From the NCBI RefSeq assembly GCF_037722395.1, contig NZ_JBBKAR010000033.1:433390-497389 (forward strand): 64,000 bases of DNA, written 5' to 3'. The notes under the pieces were generated by a model. The model saw only the letters and a program-made list of their open reading frames with translations, ran no database searches and was not told the origin of the DNA. The DNA comes from Saccharibacillus sacchari (GTDB lineage: Bacteria > Bacillota > Bacilli > Paenibacillales > Paenibacillaceae). The position numbers and the translations under genes were made by a program. How positions within the stretch are numbered: position 1 is the stretch's first letter; every line of letters starts with the position of its first letter. Shown here piece by piece: positions 29,511 through 38,240 of this stretch.

Positions 29511-30290
29511 GTGAGTGACATGGTGTTGAATTTGTTGCAGGGCTACGAGGTGACGGTTGCTTCGGCAGAGCAGATGGAATATCCGATTCAAGCTTCGCAG
29601 GGTCTAAAGCGGATATTGATCGTTGCGGGCGATAATATCGAGGAAATGCTGGAAGAAGCGGCAGACGGCGAGGATTCGATTCAAGGGTATGTTGAAAAAG
29701 AGTCGGAAGAAGTCGAGAGCAGGTCTGCATTGGAGGTGTTGAAAAGTCTGGTTGATAATTCTTTAACGGATAGCGGGTTGCAAGCAACAGATTCCGATTC
29801 CGACGACGGACATCTGATCTACAAGGCTTATGCAGCGTTATGGGCGGAGCAAAGCGAACTGTTGGATGAACGGCTTGATGTTGGAATAGGGGAAAAAGAG
29901 GATTCAGAGCTTCAAGGCACTTTGCCCGATGCAGCTTGGGTCGAGCGTAATGAAGAAGGTGCATTGCTGTTGTTGGATCTGCCGGAAGCGGAGGCTTGGA
30001 TAGCTGCACTGATCGTGCCAATGGGCGGTTATAACGAGTGTCCGCAGCCGGTAGAGCAGGCGATCATATTCCGGGATTGGCAAAAGCGATACGGGGCCGT
30101 TCCTACGGCAGTGACCGAAGATTCGTGGCTGCTGCGCGCTTCGCGATTGCCGGAAAGCGATAAGGAAGCACTGGAGCTGGCTCGGGAGCATTTTATGTTT
30201 TGTTCGTATGTGCTGGAGGGATATGCTTCGATCGGGGAATATGCGGCTTATTTGAAAGGGAACTGTGATTGGAGCTTTTGGTGGGATTGA
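29511..30290 (+). CDS. acidic DUF4253-like protein
   Basis: The C-terminus (…WIAALIVPMGGYNECPQP…FWWD) resembles the DUF4253 family. It is highly acidic. Confidence 0.55.
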   Translation: MSDMVLNLLQGYEVTVASAEQMEYPIQASQGLKRILIVAGDNIEEMLEEAADGEDSIQGYVEKESEEVESRSALEVLKSLVDNSLTDSGLQATDSDSDDGHLIYKAYAALWAEQSELLDERLDVGIGEKEDSELQGTLPDAAWVERNEEGALLLLDLPEAEAWIAALIVPMGGYNECPQPVEQAIIFRDWQKRYGAVPTAVTEDSWLLRASRLPESDKEALELAREHFMFCSYVLEGYASIGEYAAYLKGNCDWSFWWD

Positions 30291-30321
30291 AGGAGGGAAT
30301 ATTCTGTTCGGTAAAGAAGCT

Positions 30322-30424
30322 GGGGCGCTGCGGGAGAAATTCGTTCGAGACGCTGTCTCACGCAGAAAGCCGGTGGCTTTCCGCGTTCAAAGGCGTCTCT
30401 CACTGAATTTCTCCCTCCGCTAGG
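30322..30424. repeat. dispersed repeat family 2, copy A. The hairpin core is deleted but both boundaries are shared with copy D.
   Basis: GGGGCGCTGCGGGAGAAATT…GACGCTGTCTCACGCA…CCGCGTTCAAAGGCGTCT…CCCTCCGCTAGG aligns with 53896-54037. Confidence 0.7.
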
Positions 30425-30660
30425 AGCTTCGTTTCTATAGAATATTCGGGGGAGAGAAGAGATAAGAAAGAAGAGAAGCTGTCGATTGGGCAGCTTCTCA
30501 GCGTGTCGAGAGATCCAGCTTTCTTAAAGAAAGTTGGGTTTATTTGGCGTTTCATATTTTTCACCCGGCTAAGAGGTCAAATAAGTGGTGTAGACTGGCT
30601 TGGCTTCTCGGTCCATGTGGACGACGGCTGCTTCTCTTGAGTTTTGCGCAGTATGAGCAT

Positions 30661-30765
30661 AATTCAAATCCAATCCATTTTCCGAGTGAGACAGCGTCTT
30701 GTGAAGCATTTCGAAGAAATGCACTTCGGAAGCATATGCTTATAAATTTTCTCGCAGTCTTCTCC
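30661..30765. repeat. dispersed repeat family 2, copy B (opposite orientation to A and D). It carries the 55-nt core.
   Basis: Positions 30686-30741, GTGAGACAGCGTCTTGTGAAGCATTTCGAAGAAATGCACTTCGGAAGCATATGCTT, match the reverse complement of 53920-53974 exactly. Confidence 0.75.
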
Positions 30766-31342
30766 CTTCCCCCACCTACGTGACTTTCGAGGGCAGCTTC
30801 TTTTCCATGCCCAAAAAGCGAGTCGCCATAGTTGCGCCCTGTTGGTCGGCTTTAAGATCGGGCACAATAGAAAGCAGATCCGGTGAAGGATTCGCGAATG
30901 GTCTTCCCTAGGCACGGACTTCGATGCGGTTCGGCGGTGCCGGGCGCGATGCGCTGGCGGTATACCGGAAGCAGCGTTCGCAACAGAAAAGTACTATTTG
31001 CGGGGTTCGAATCCCCACTCGCTTTAGATGCGAGCTCTTGGTTGAGCATTCTCCACTTCAAATGGAGACACAAACGAAAATCTTTGAGGACGGGAAGTTC
31101 CGCTGGCGCTGCTTACATAGGGGGCCGATATGCGAAGGTGCTTTGCGGCTTTGGTGGATGCGTCGGTGAAGGTTGGGCACAGAGGCAGAAAGAAAATACA
31201 TCGTTGTGGATTCGAAGTTGGCTTCCATATTCGGCTGTACGAATCTTTCGCTTCCCTGCGTGACTGAAGTCGGCTTAAGCCAGGCTCCGTGCATGAGCAT
31301 AGGTGAACTTCCGTCCCAAAGATTCCAAGGAGGAACTTATTC

Positions 31343-32659
31343 ATGACAAATTTTCAACATCAATCTCATATAAATCAGGCGCATGGGCGCAAAATTCCGG
31401 GGCTTCCGGGGAAGGATATCCGTCCCGGTGAATCTGCTAATGTGTTGGCATTCGGCACGATGGTGCTGGGAGCAGGCTTGCGTAAAGTCGAGGTCGGGGA
31501 TAACGAGCGTGCTTTGCTTTTCGAGCAGGGGCGCTACGTACGGACGTTAATGCCGGGTTCGTATCGTTTTTTTGCCTGGACCGAAGGGCTTCGTACATTG
31601 GTATTCAAAAAAACGAACGAACCGTTTGACTATCGACCAACATCGACTGGCGGGGTTGATGCTCAAGATGTACGGTTGTTCAGCCACGACGCTGATCTGA
31701 TGGGCCAGTTGAATGTGACGGACGTCAGCGACAGCGAATATGTGTTGCATTTGGAAAACGGGCGCTTCCGTGATGTATTGATGGCCGGAACGTATGCCTA
31801 CTGGAAAGAGCCGATTACGCATACCTTTGTCCGGGTGGATATTCGCACGCCGGAGATCGGCCCTGACATAAGTCGCGTGCTGCTGGAAAAGATCGGCGCG
31901 AATTATATCCAGACGGTGGATGTAGCCAGCCATGAAGTCGGACTTTTATACTTCGACAACCGTTTGCAGCGGCAGCTTTCGCCCGGACGCAGCTTTTTCT
32001 GGCGCGGTTCGGAAGCCGTCACGGTCAAAAAGTTCGATCTGCGCCGTCAACAGCTCGATATGACGGGACAGGAGATTTTGACCGAGGATAAAGTTTCGTT
32101 GCGTTTGAATTTTGTGTGCCAATATCGCATCACTGATCCGCTTCGGGCGGCAGAAATCAAAAACTTCGAAGAGCAGGTGTATGTGCAACTCCAGCTGCTG
32201 CTGCGCGAGTATGTCGGTACGCTGAAACTGGACGATTTGCTGAAAATGAAACAGGAAATCGGCGATTACGTGCTGGGTCGATTGAAGCCGGGCGGCGTGG
32301 AGTACGGAGTCGAATTTCTGGCAGCGGGCTTGAAAGACGTCATTTTGCCGGGAGAGATTCGTGCGATTCTGAATACGGTGCTGTTGGCCGAGAAGAAAGC
32401 GCAGGCGAACATGATTACTCGGCGCGAAGAGACGGCGTCTACCCGAAGCTTGCTGAATACGGCCAAACTGATGGATGAAAATGCGACGTTGTACCGGCTC
32501 AAGGAGCTTGAATTCGTGGAGAAAATCTGCGAAAAAATCGGTACCATTTCGCTCAGCGGCGGAGGCAATATGCTGGAGCAGATGAACGGGCTACTCGGAC
32601 TTCGGCAAGAAGAAGATCGGAAAAAGATCGGTTCAGAGGAAGTCAATCGGGCAGAGTGA
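31343..32659 (+). CDS. SPFH/Band-7 (stomatin/prohibitin-like) domain protein, apparently with two SPFH-like halves
   Basis: The second half has the SPFH signature (…PGRSFFWRG…LTEDKVSLRLNFVCQYRITDPLRAA…). There is a C-terminal coiled-coil. No obvious N-terminal transmembrane segment. Confidence 0.6.
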   Translation: MTNFQHQSHINQAHGRKIPGLPGKDIRPGESANVLAFGTMVLGAGLRKVEVGDNERALLFEQGRYVRTLMPGSYRFFAWTEGLRTLVFKKTNEPFDYRPTSTGGVDAQDVRLFSHDADLMGQLNVTDVSDSEYVLHLENGRFRDVLMAGTYAYWKEPITHTFVRVDIRTPEIGPDISRVLLEKIGANYIQTVDVASHEVGLLYFDNRLQRQLSPGRSFFWRGSEAVTVKKFDLRRQQLDMTGQEILTEDKVSLRLNFVCQYRITDPLRAAEIKNFEEQVYVQLQLLLREYVGTLKLDDLLKMKQEIGDYVLGRLKPGGVEYGVEFLAAGLKDVILPGEIRAILNTVLLAEKKAQANMITRREETASTRSLLNTAKLMDENATLYRLKELEFVEKICEKIGTISLSGGGNMLEQMNGLLGLRQEEDRKKIGSEEVNRAE

Positions 32660-32754
32660 TCGAGTGGAATTTATAAATTTAGGGTTAGAGCAAACGAATC
32701 GCGGCTGATCTGCGTCTTTATCAAGAACCCTGCTTATTGAAAGGAGACAACGAA

Positions 32755-33222
32755 TTGAAAAAAACCATCTCTACCGTATTGGCAGCCGCGATCCTATTGA
32801 GTTCCGGAAGCGCCTACGCGGCGCAATCGTCGAATTCCGACAAGCGCGCCTATCCGGTTGCCCCGAATCCGATCGCCGACGCTCCGAATATTGTCGTGAT
32901 CAATGACCGTCCGGAACTTGAAATTTTCGCTTCGCTGAAAAAAGGCGAATGGCCTGACGAGTTCGTGATTGTCGGCATGATGCAATCTTTATCGGAAGCT
33001 AGGCTAAATCCGAAATCTACACCGATTTTCTTATCCTCCAAATGGCGTTTGAACCTTTTTGATCAAATGATCGAAGGCGGTCAAAAACGCGACATTTATA
33101 ACAATGTGCAGCTGCTTAAAGAAATCGTGAGCCGATGGCAAGCCGACGATTATTCCCAGTTGGAGCGGGATAATTGGCTGTTGGAAAAAATGCTGGATCT
33201 GCATCACGAATCTTTTGATTAA
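32755..33222 (+). CDS. secreted hypothetical protein with a signal peptide
   Basis: The N-terminus KKTISTVLAAAILLSSGSAYAAQS is a Sec signal. It has a TTG start with a ribosome-binding site AAAGGAGA. Confidence 0.5.
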   Translation: MKKTISTVLAAAILLSSGSAYAAQSSNSDKRAYPVAPNPIADAPNIVVINDRPELEIFASLKKGEWPDEFVIVGMMQSLSEARLNPKSTPIFLSSKWRLNLFDQMIEGGQKRDIYNNVQLLKEIVSRWQADDYSQLERDNWLLEKMLDLHHESFD

Positions 33223-33352
33223 GCGTCGAATAAGCAAGAATTGAATACCTAAACCGTCTTTTTAAAGGCGGTTTTTTGGCATGGAAATGAAACCGTTATC
33301 AACCTTGAGACGTATGAGCAGGGATTGAACAAAAAAAGGAGGAGGAAACAGG

Positions 33353-35365
33353 ATGTTCCAATCACGAAAAGTAACAACAAAGTCGGTAACGGCTTTATTC
33401 CTGACGTTGCTATTGGTTCTTCCACAAGCATCCGGAGTCGTGATCGCTGCTGGGGCTTCGCCCCGCGGCCCAAGCGATCCGGTAGAGATTGAACAGTTCG
33501 CGGATAACCTGATGACCAACCGCTTTAAGCAAGCCGGAGCTGTGCTCACGATTGTCGGCGACGGAAAGGTATTGTTGAACAAAGGGTACGGCTACGCTGA
33601 CGTCGAGACGCAAACGCCCGTCGATGCGGATCAAACGTTATTTGCCATGGCGTCCGTATCTAAAACGGTTACGGCAGCCGCGGTCATGCAGCAAGTCGAA
33701 CAAGGCAAGATCGAATTGAATGCCGACGTGCAGACGTATATGGACGGCTTGAGTATTCCCAATCAAACGGACGTCCCTGTCACGATGGCCGATCTGCTGA
33801 CGCATACGAGCGGATTCGAACGTGGCGAAGGCGATGTCAGCTTGGCGATGCCGCCCGAAGCCCGAAAAACGCTTGATCATTTTATTGAACAGTCGATGCC
33901 TAGCGTTGTGCGTGAACCGGGAACCGTGTATCGGTATGATAATTTTGCGTTTACTCTTCAAGGCTACATATTGGAAAAAGTTTTGGATATGCCTTATGAA
34001 GACGTCATCCGGCAAAATATATTCGAACCGCTCGGGATGCAAGATAGCGGATTTGGTCGTGTCGAGCAAACGAAAGAACGATTGGCGAGCGCTTACGATT
34101 CAAGCGGAGCGAAAATCGGGCTTTACGAAAACGGATTGCCTCCCGCTATTGCTCCTTCAGGCGGAATGGTCACGACAGGTTCCGATATGGCAAAGTTCAT
34201 GCTGGCTATGCTGGGCGAAGGCGATCATGAACTTCTAAAGCCGGAAACGCTAGCCGATATGGGGAAGACTCATTTTCAAATGTCTGATCGGCAGCCTATT
34301 ACCGGTTATGGTTTCGAATTCTTTTCTCGTCAATCGTATAATGGAGAAGTCGTAGCCGCTAAAGGCGGAGACTTTTATGGGTTCCATTCTTACATGTGGC
34401 TGCTGCCTGAACATGGAGTCGCTGCTATGTACGTGACCAATACGGATGCCACTGCTTCGTACGACGGCATCTTCCAGTCCTTTATGGACCATTATTATCC
34501 GAAAGCGATTGAAAAGAAGTCCATAAACTCCGATGTACCATCCGTTTCTGCCGAAGAATCGGCGAAATACGAAGGTTATTACCGCAACCTTCGCCAACCG
34601 TATCTTTATGCGAAAGTCACCGCCGAAAACGGCATTTTGCAACTCCAGTCAAGTGAAATATTGAACTTCCGCTTAAAGCCTTCCGGGCAAGATCTGTTCC
34701 AAGACAGTTACGGCAATTGGGTCGGATTCCATCAAGACGAGGGCGATCGGGCCGATTACTTTTATTCCGACTACTTCAGGGATACCTGGTATGAACGAAT
34801 GCCTGATTTCAAGCCGTATGCCGACGTGGATTCAAACAATCCCTATGCCGATTCGATCGAAGCGATTCGCTTGATGGGCTTGTCCACAGAAGAATTAGAA
34901 CCGAATTTCGGACCGGAACAAGCCGTGACCCGCAGCGAATTTGTCGGACAACTCGCAAAAGTCGCAAACAGTCAACTCGTTAATACGCCTTCGCGCTTCA
35001 CCGATGTCCAAGGCGATCCAAACGCGCAAGCCATCCAACTATTTACCGAGCTCGGCGGAATCATGGGCTACCCGGACGGAACCTTCCGCCCCGACCAGCC
35101 GATCACGCGCGAAGAAGCCGCTTTGATGATCTTCCGTATCGCTTCCGCAAGCTACGGCACTTCCCTAACCGAAAGTACCGTAACTTTTTCGAATCCTCCT
35201 TCGTATTGGGCTGCCGACGGCGTCAAATTCATGATCGATTCCCAACTCTCCGACCTCGAAGTGCAGCGCGATCCGGACGGTACTTACGACTATCACCCAA
35301 CCGCCCCTTTGCTGCGCCAAGAAGCCGCGATTACATTGGTCAAACTGATCAATGTCACAAAGTGA
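33353..35365 (+). CDS. beta-lactamase-family serine hydrolase (class C / PBP-like) with C-terminal SLH domains
   Basis: A signal peptide is followed by an S-x-x-K motif (ASVSKTV) in a beta-lactamase fold. The C-terminus carries S-layer homology repeats (…FTDVQGDPNAQAIQLFTELGGIMGYPDGTFRPDQPITREEAALMIFR…). Confidence 0.8.
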   Translation: MFQSRKVTTKSVTALFLTLLLVLPQASGVVIAAGASPRGPSDPVEIEQFADNLMTNRFKQAGAVLTIVGDGKVLLNKGYGYADVETQTPVDADQTLFAMASVSKTVTAAAVMQQVEQGKIELNADVQTYMDGLSIPNQTDVPVTMADLLTHTSGFERGEGDVSLAMPPEARKTLDHFIEQSMPSVVREPGTVYRYDNFAFTLQGYILEKVLDMPYEDVIRQNIFEPLGMQDSGFGRVEQTKERLASAYDSSGAKIGLYENGLPPAIAPSGGMVTTGSDMAKFMLAMLGEGDHELLKPETLADMGKTHFQMSDRQPITGYGFEFFSRQSYNGEVVAAKGGDFYGFHSYMWLLPEHGVAAMYVTNTDATASYDGIFQSFMDHYYPKAIEKKSINSDVPSVSAEESAKYEGYYRNLRQPYLYAKVTAENGILQLQSSEILNFRLKPSGQDLFQDSYGNWVGFHQDEGDRADYFYSDYFRDTWYERMPDFKPYADVDSNNPYADSIEAIRLMGLSTEELEPNFGPEQAVTRSEFVGQLAKVANSQLVNTPSRFTDVQGDPNAQAIQLFTELGGIMGYPDGTFRPDQPITREEAALMIFRIASASYGTSLTESTVTFSNPPSYWAADGVKFMIDSQLSDLEVQRDPDGTYDYHPTAPLLRQEAAITLVKLINVTK

Positions 35366-35520
35366 TCCATGCAAGAGGCGTTCGCTTTCGAGAAAAACCT
35401 GAATCCTATACAAATCAATCGAGATATTGAACAACCTATTTTCTGCACCAAGAAAAGAACCCGTTAGACTTTATCTTGTAGTTGTAATGTGAAAAAAGCT
35501 CTAGCAGAGGGAGAAATTCA

Positions 35521-35650
35521 GTTCAAAACGCCTTTGAACTTGGAAAACCTTCAACTCAAAATTTAATCCGGTTTTCCAAGCGAGACAGCGTTTTGTGAAG
35601 CATTTCGAAGAAATGCACTTCGGAAGCCTATGCTTGTAATTTCTCCCGCA
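35521..35650. repeat. dispersed repeat family 2, copy C (same orientation as B)
   Basis: Positions 35582-35635 differ from the core in copy B at 3 positions. The family boundary GGGCGCTGCGGGAGAAATTA is present as its reverse complement at the right end. Confidence 0.75.
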
Positions 35651-35721
35651 GCGCCCAAGCTTTCACCCAAAACAAACAGGAACTGCAATCCCCAGCCTGC
35701 GACAACTCGCAGGCTTTTCCC

Positions 35722-35768
35722 TATTGACAAAAACCATCTACACCATTATGGTTAGTTACATGACTAAC
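35722..35768 (+). promoter_or_regulatory. sigma-A promoter (TTGACA-17-TATGGT) with an overlapping palindromic candidate GntR operator GTTAGT-tacatg-ACTAAC
   Basis: These are read directly from the sequence. They lie immediately upstream of the YtrA-like GntR gene. Confidence 0.55.
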
Positions 35769-35788
35769 AAACCAGAAAGGTGGTCAAA

Positions 35789-36166
35789 ATGCCGATTCCA
35801 TTCGACGAGAGCCGGCCTATTTTTCAGCAGATTGCAGAGCGAATTGAAGACGACATTCTAAATGGCACTTATGCGGAAGAAGATCAGATTATTTCGACCA
35901 CGCAGTTTTCGCGCATATTCCAGATTAATCCCGCCACGATCGTCAAGGGATTCGGACTGCTGGTGAATGAGGACATCATCTACAAAAAACGAGGGCTGGG
36001 CATGTACGTAGCCGTCGGAGCGAAGGAGAAGATCATGGCCAAACGCCGCGAACGATTTTACAGTGATCTGGTGGTCAAACTGTTGGAAGAAGCGGAAAAG
36101 CTGGGAATGACGACCGAAGACGTGATCCAAATGATTCAACGCGAAAAGGAGGAACAACGAAAATGA
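35789..36166 (+). CDS. GntR-family (YtrA-subfamily-like) transcriptional regulator
   Basis: A 125-aa protein with an N-terminal winged helix-turn-helix (…TQFSRIFQINPATIVKGFGLL…) and a short C-terminus, as in the YtrA subfamily. An ABC transporter gene follows. Confidence 0.8.
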   Translation: MPIPFDESRPIFQQIAERIEDDILNGTYAEEDQIISTTQFSRIFQINPATIVKGFGLLVNEDIIYKKRGLGMYVAVGAKEKIMAKRRERFYSDLVVKLLEEAEKLGMTTEDVIQMIQREKEEQRK

Positions 36167-37041
36167 GTTCAGTTCTTGAAGTCAGACAGGTAAGCAAAGC
36201 ATATGGACGCACGGATGCCGTGGATAGCCTGAACATGGATCTTGCCGAGCATACCATTTACGGATTGCTGGGCCGAAACGGTGCGGGGAAAACAACGTTT
36301 TTAAACATGATTACCGGTGGGATCTTTCCGGACGGCGGAGAAATCGCGGTTCACGGAAATCTGCTCAAAAAAGGGGATGTGCCCACGCAAACCTGCTACA
36401 TACGGGAGAAAAACTTTTACCCGAACAATGCCAGAGTCCGTGATGTATTGCAGATGGCCGCAGCTTTCCACCCGGATTGGGACGCGAAATTTGCTTCCAA
36501 GCTGCTCGGGACATTCAAGCTGAATCCACGCAAAAAAATGCGGCAGTTGTCGCGGGGCATGGAGTCGATGGTCGGCAATCTGATCGGACTGGCCAGCCGG
36601 GCGCCGTTGACGATTTTCGACGAGCCGGTGCTGGGATTGGATGTGCTGATGCGGGAACGTTTTTACCGGATGCTGATCGAAGACTATGCCGAGCATCCGC
36701 GCACGATCCTGCTGTCCACCCATCTGATCGACGAAATCGCGACCGTGGTCGAGCAAGTTTTTATTATGGAATCGGGAAGCATTTTGATGCACGAAGAGGT
36801 TGAACAGATTCGGGACCGTGCGCATATGATCAGCGGTTTGGGCGCGGGGCTGGATCATTTTCTGCAAGGCAGACGCGTGATTCACGGCGAACGTTACGGC
36901 AATGCGGGCATGGCGGTCGTGTACGGGGAGTTGACGGAGCACGATCATCGGGAAGCCGCAAGCCAGGGGCTGACGATCGAAGGCGTGCCTTTGCAAAAGT
37001 TTTTTGCTTACCTGATCGAGGAGGGACAGACGGATGAATAA
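36163..37041 (+). CDS. ABC transporter ATP-binding protein (YtrB-like)
   Basis: Walker A GRNGAGKTT, signature LSRGMES and Walker B IFDEPVLGLD are present. It overlaps the GntR gene. Confidence 0.85.
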   Translation: MSSVLEVRQVSKAYGRTDAVDSLNMDLAEHTIYGLLGRNGAGKTTFLNMITGGIFPDGGEIAVHGNLLKKGDVPTQTCYIREKNFYPNNARVRDVLQMAAAFHPDWDAKFASKLLGTFKLNPRKKMRQLSRGMESMVGNLIGLASRAPLTIFDEPVLGLDVLMRERFYRMLIEDYAEHPRTILLSTHLIDEIATVVEQVFIMESGSILMHEEVEQIRDRAHMISGLGAGLDHFLQGRRVIHGERYGNAGMAVVYGELTEHDHREAASQGLTIEGVPLQKFFAYLIEEGQTDE

Positions 37042-37813
37042 AATGAAAGTGCAGCTCCGGGTATCCTGGTTGCGCATGAAGCTTGCCGTATGGATCTTGC
37101 TTGCGGCTATCGCGGTCTCGATGGCGACGGGCATTATCGTCAATGCGGCGTTGGATAGCGATCCCCAACAGGACGCGCAGGACGTCGCGGCAGCCGTGGG
37201 GGAACTTCGGGAAATTACCGGTAACGACGAATTGCAGATCGAAGTGCCTTCCGAAATGGAGAATGTCAATGTATCTTCGGCCAATATGCTGCTGACGCTT
37301 CTGCCTTTGCTGGCGATTATCCTGCCTTTGCAAACGTTCCGTCCCATGATGAATTTTGGGGATTCGCGTCGCCGGTATTTTACGGGACTGCTGGGTGTGT
37401 ATGCCGTATCCGCGTTATTGCTGGCTTTGGTAAATAGCTTGTGGTGGCCGTTTGAGCAAAATTTCGTTCGAATCTATAGCCAGACGTACAATTTGATCGA
37501 AGTGTTCGGCTGGGAGCAATTCGGGACCGTCGGAGCGTTTATTTACCAGTCGGTGTTTTATTTCTTCGTTTTGACGCTGTTCAATCTGCTGTTCTCCGGA
37601 CTAAAGTCGCCGATATCGTGGATCATCTGGACCGTCCTGATCGCCGCGATTCCGATCGGCACATCCATTGCATCTTTGCGCGTACACGTAGCTGACTTTT
37701 TCCTGGCTTTATTGTTCAACGATTCGCTAATTAACGCGGTTGGAATAAATTTGGGACTGAGCCTTATCTTTATAGCAGGAGCCTGGTTATTCACGCGCCG
37801 AAGAACGTTCTAA
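37034..37813 (+). CDS. polytopic membrane protein, putative permease partner
   Basis: About 6 transmembrane segments. It overlaps the ATPase gene. Confidence 0.5.
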   Translation: MNKMKVQLRVSWLRMKLAVWILLAAIAVSMATGIIVNAALDSDPQQDAQDVAAAVGELREITGNDELQIEVPSEMENVNVSSANMLLTLLPLLAIILPLQTFRPMMNFGDSRRRYFTGLLGVYAVSALLLALVNSLWWPFEQNFVRIYSQTYNLIEVFGWEQFGTVGAFIYQSVFYFFVLTLFNLLFSGLKSPISWIIWTVLIAAIPIGTSIASLRVHVADFFLALLFNDSLINAVGINLGLSLIFIAGAWLFTRRRTF

Positions 37814-38043
37814 TAGCTTGTCTTGAATAAATGTAGGGTTACACTTGCCGGAGATTTCGTACCTAACCCGTGTACGAAGTCTCCGACGGAAACGTACCAG
37901 AACCATGCACGTTTCAGGCAAGCGCAAACCTCAGATTGAAGCAAGACAAGCTACTATTACATCCCTGATCGTGAATACTTTAAATGAAGAGAACTGTGAA
38001 AAAAAGATCAATTATTCGCACCATCCCTAGAAAAACGTTTCAC

Positions 38044-38080
38044 TTGTGCAAAAGCAAATGCTTTTGCACTTTTTCTTTTT
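38044..38080 (+). terminator. rho-independent terminator (GTGCAAAAGC-aaat-GCTTTTGCAC + T-run)
   Basis: A perfect 10-bp stem followed by TTTTTCTTTTT. Confidence 0.8.
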
Positions 38081-38097
38081 CCTTCTCCTTTTTATGC

Positions 38098-38124
38098 TAA
38101 ATTTTCTGCTGATTATGTCGATAA
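38098..38124 (+). promoter_or_regulatory. candidate SigD-type promoter (TAAA-N15-GTCGATAA) upstream of the first chemoreceptor gene
   Basis: It matches the Bacillus SigD consensus TAAA-N15-GCCGATAT at 6 of 8 positions in the -10 element. Chemoreceptor genes are commonly SigD-dependent. Confidence 0.45.
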
Positions 38125-38240
38125 ATATCGAAACAAAGCATGCTTTTCCTTTTCGAGTGGCGCGAATGCCTTCAAGGGTTGTCGTGATAATGGATAGGTA
38201 TTTGCTTAGGCAGATTGGCACAATCAAGGGGGTCATTGGA

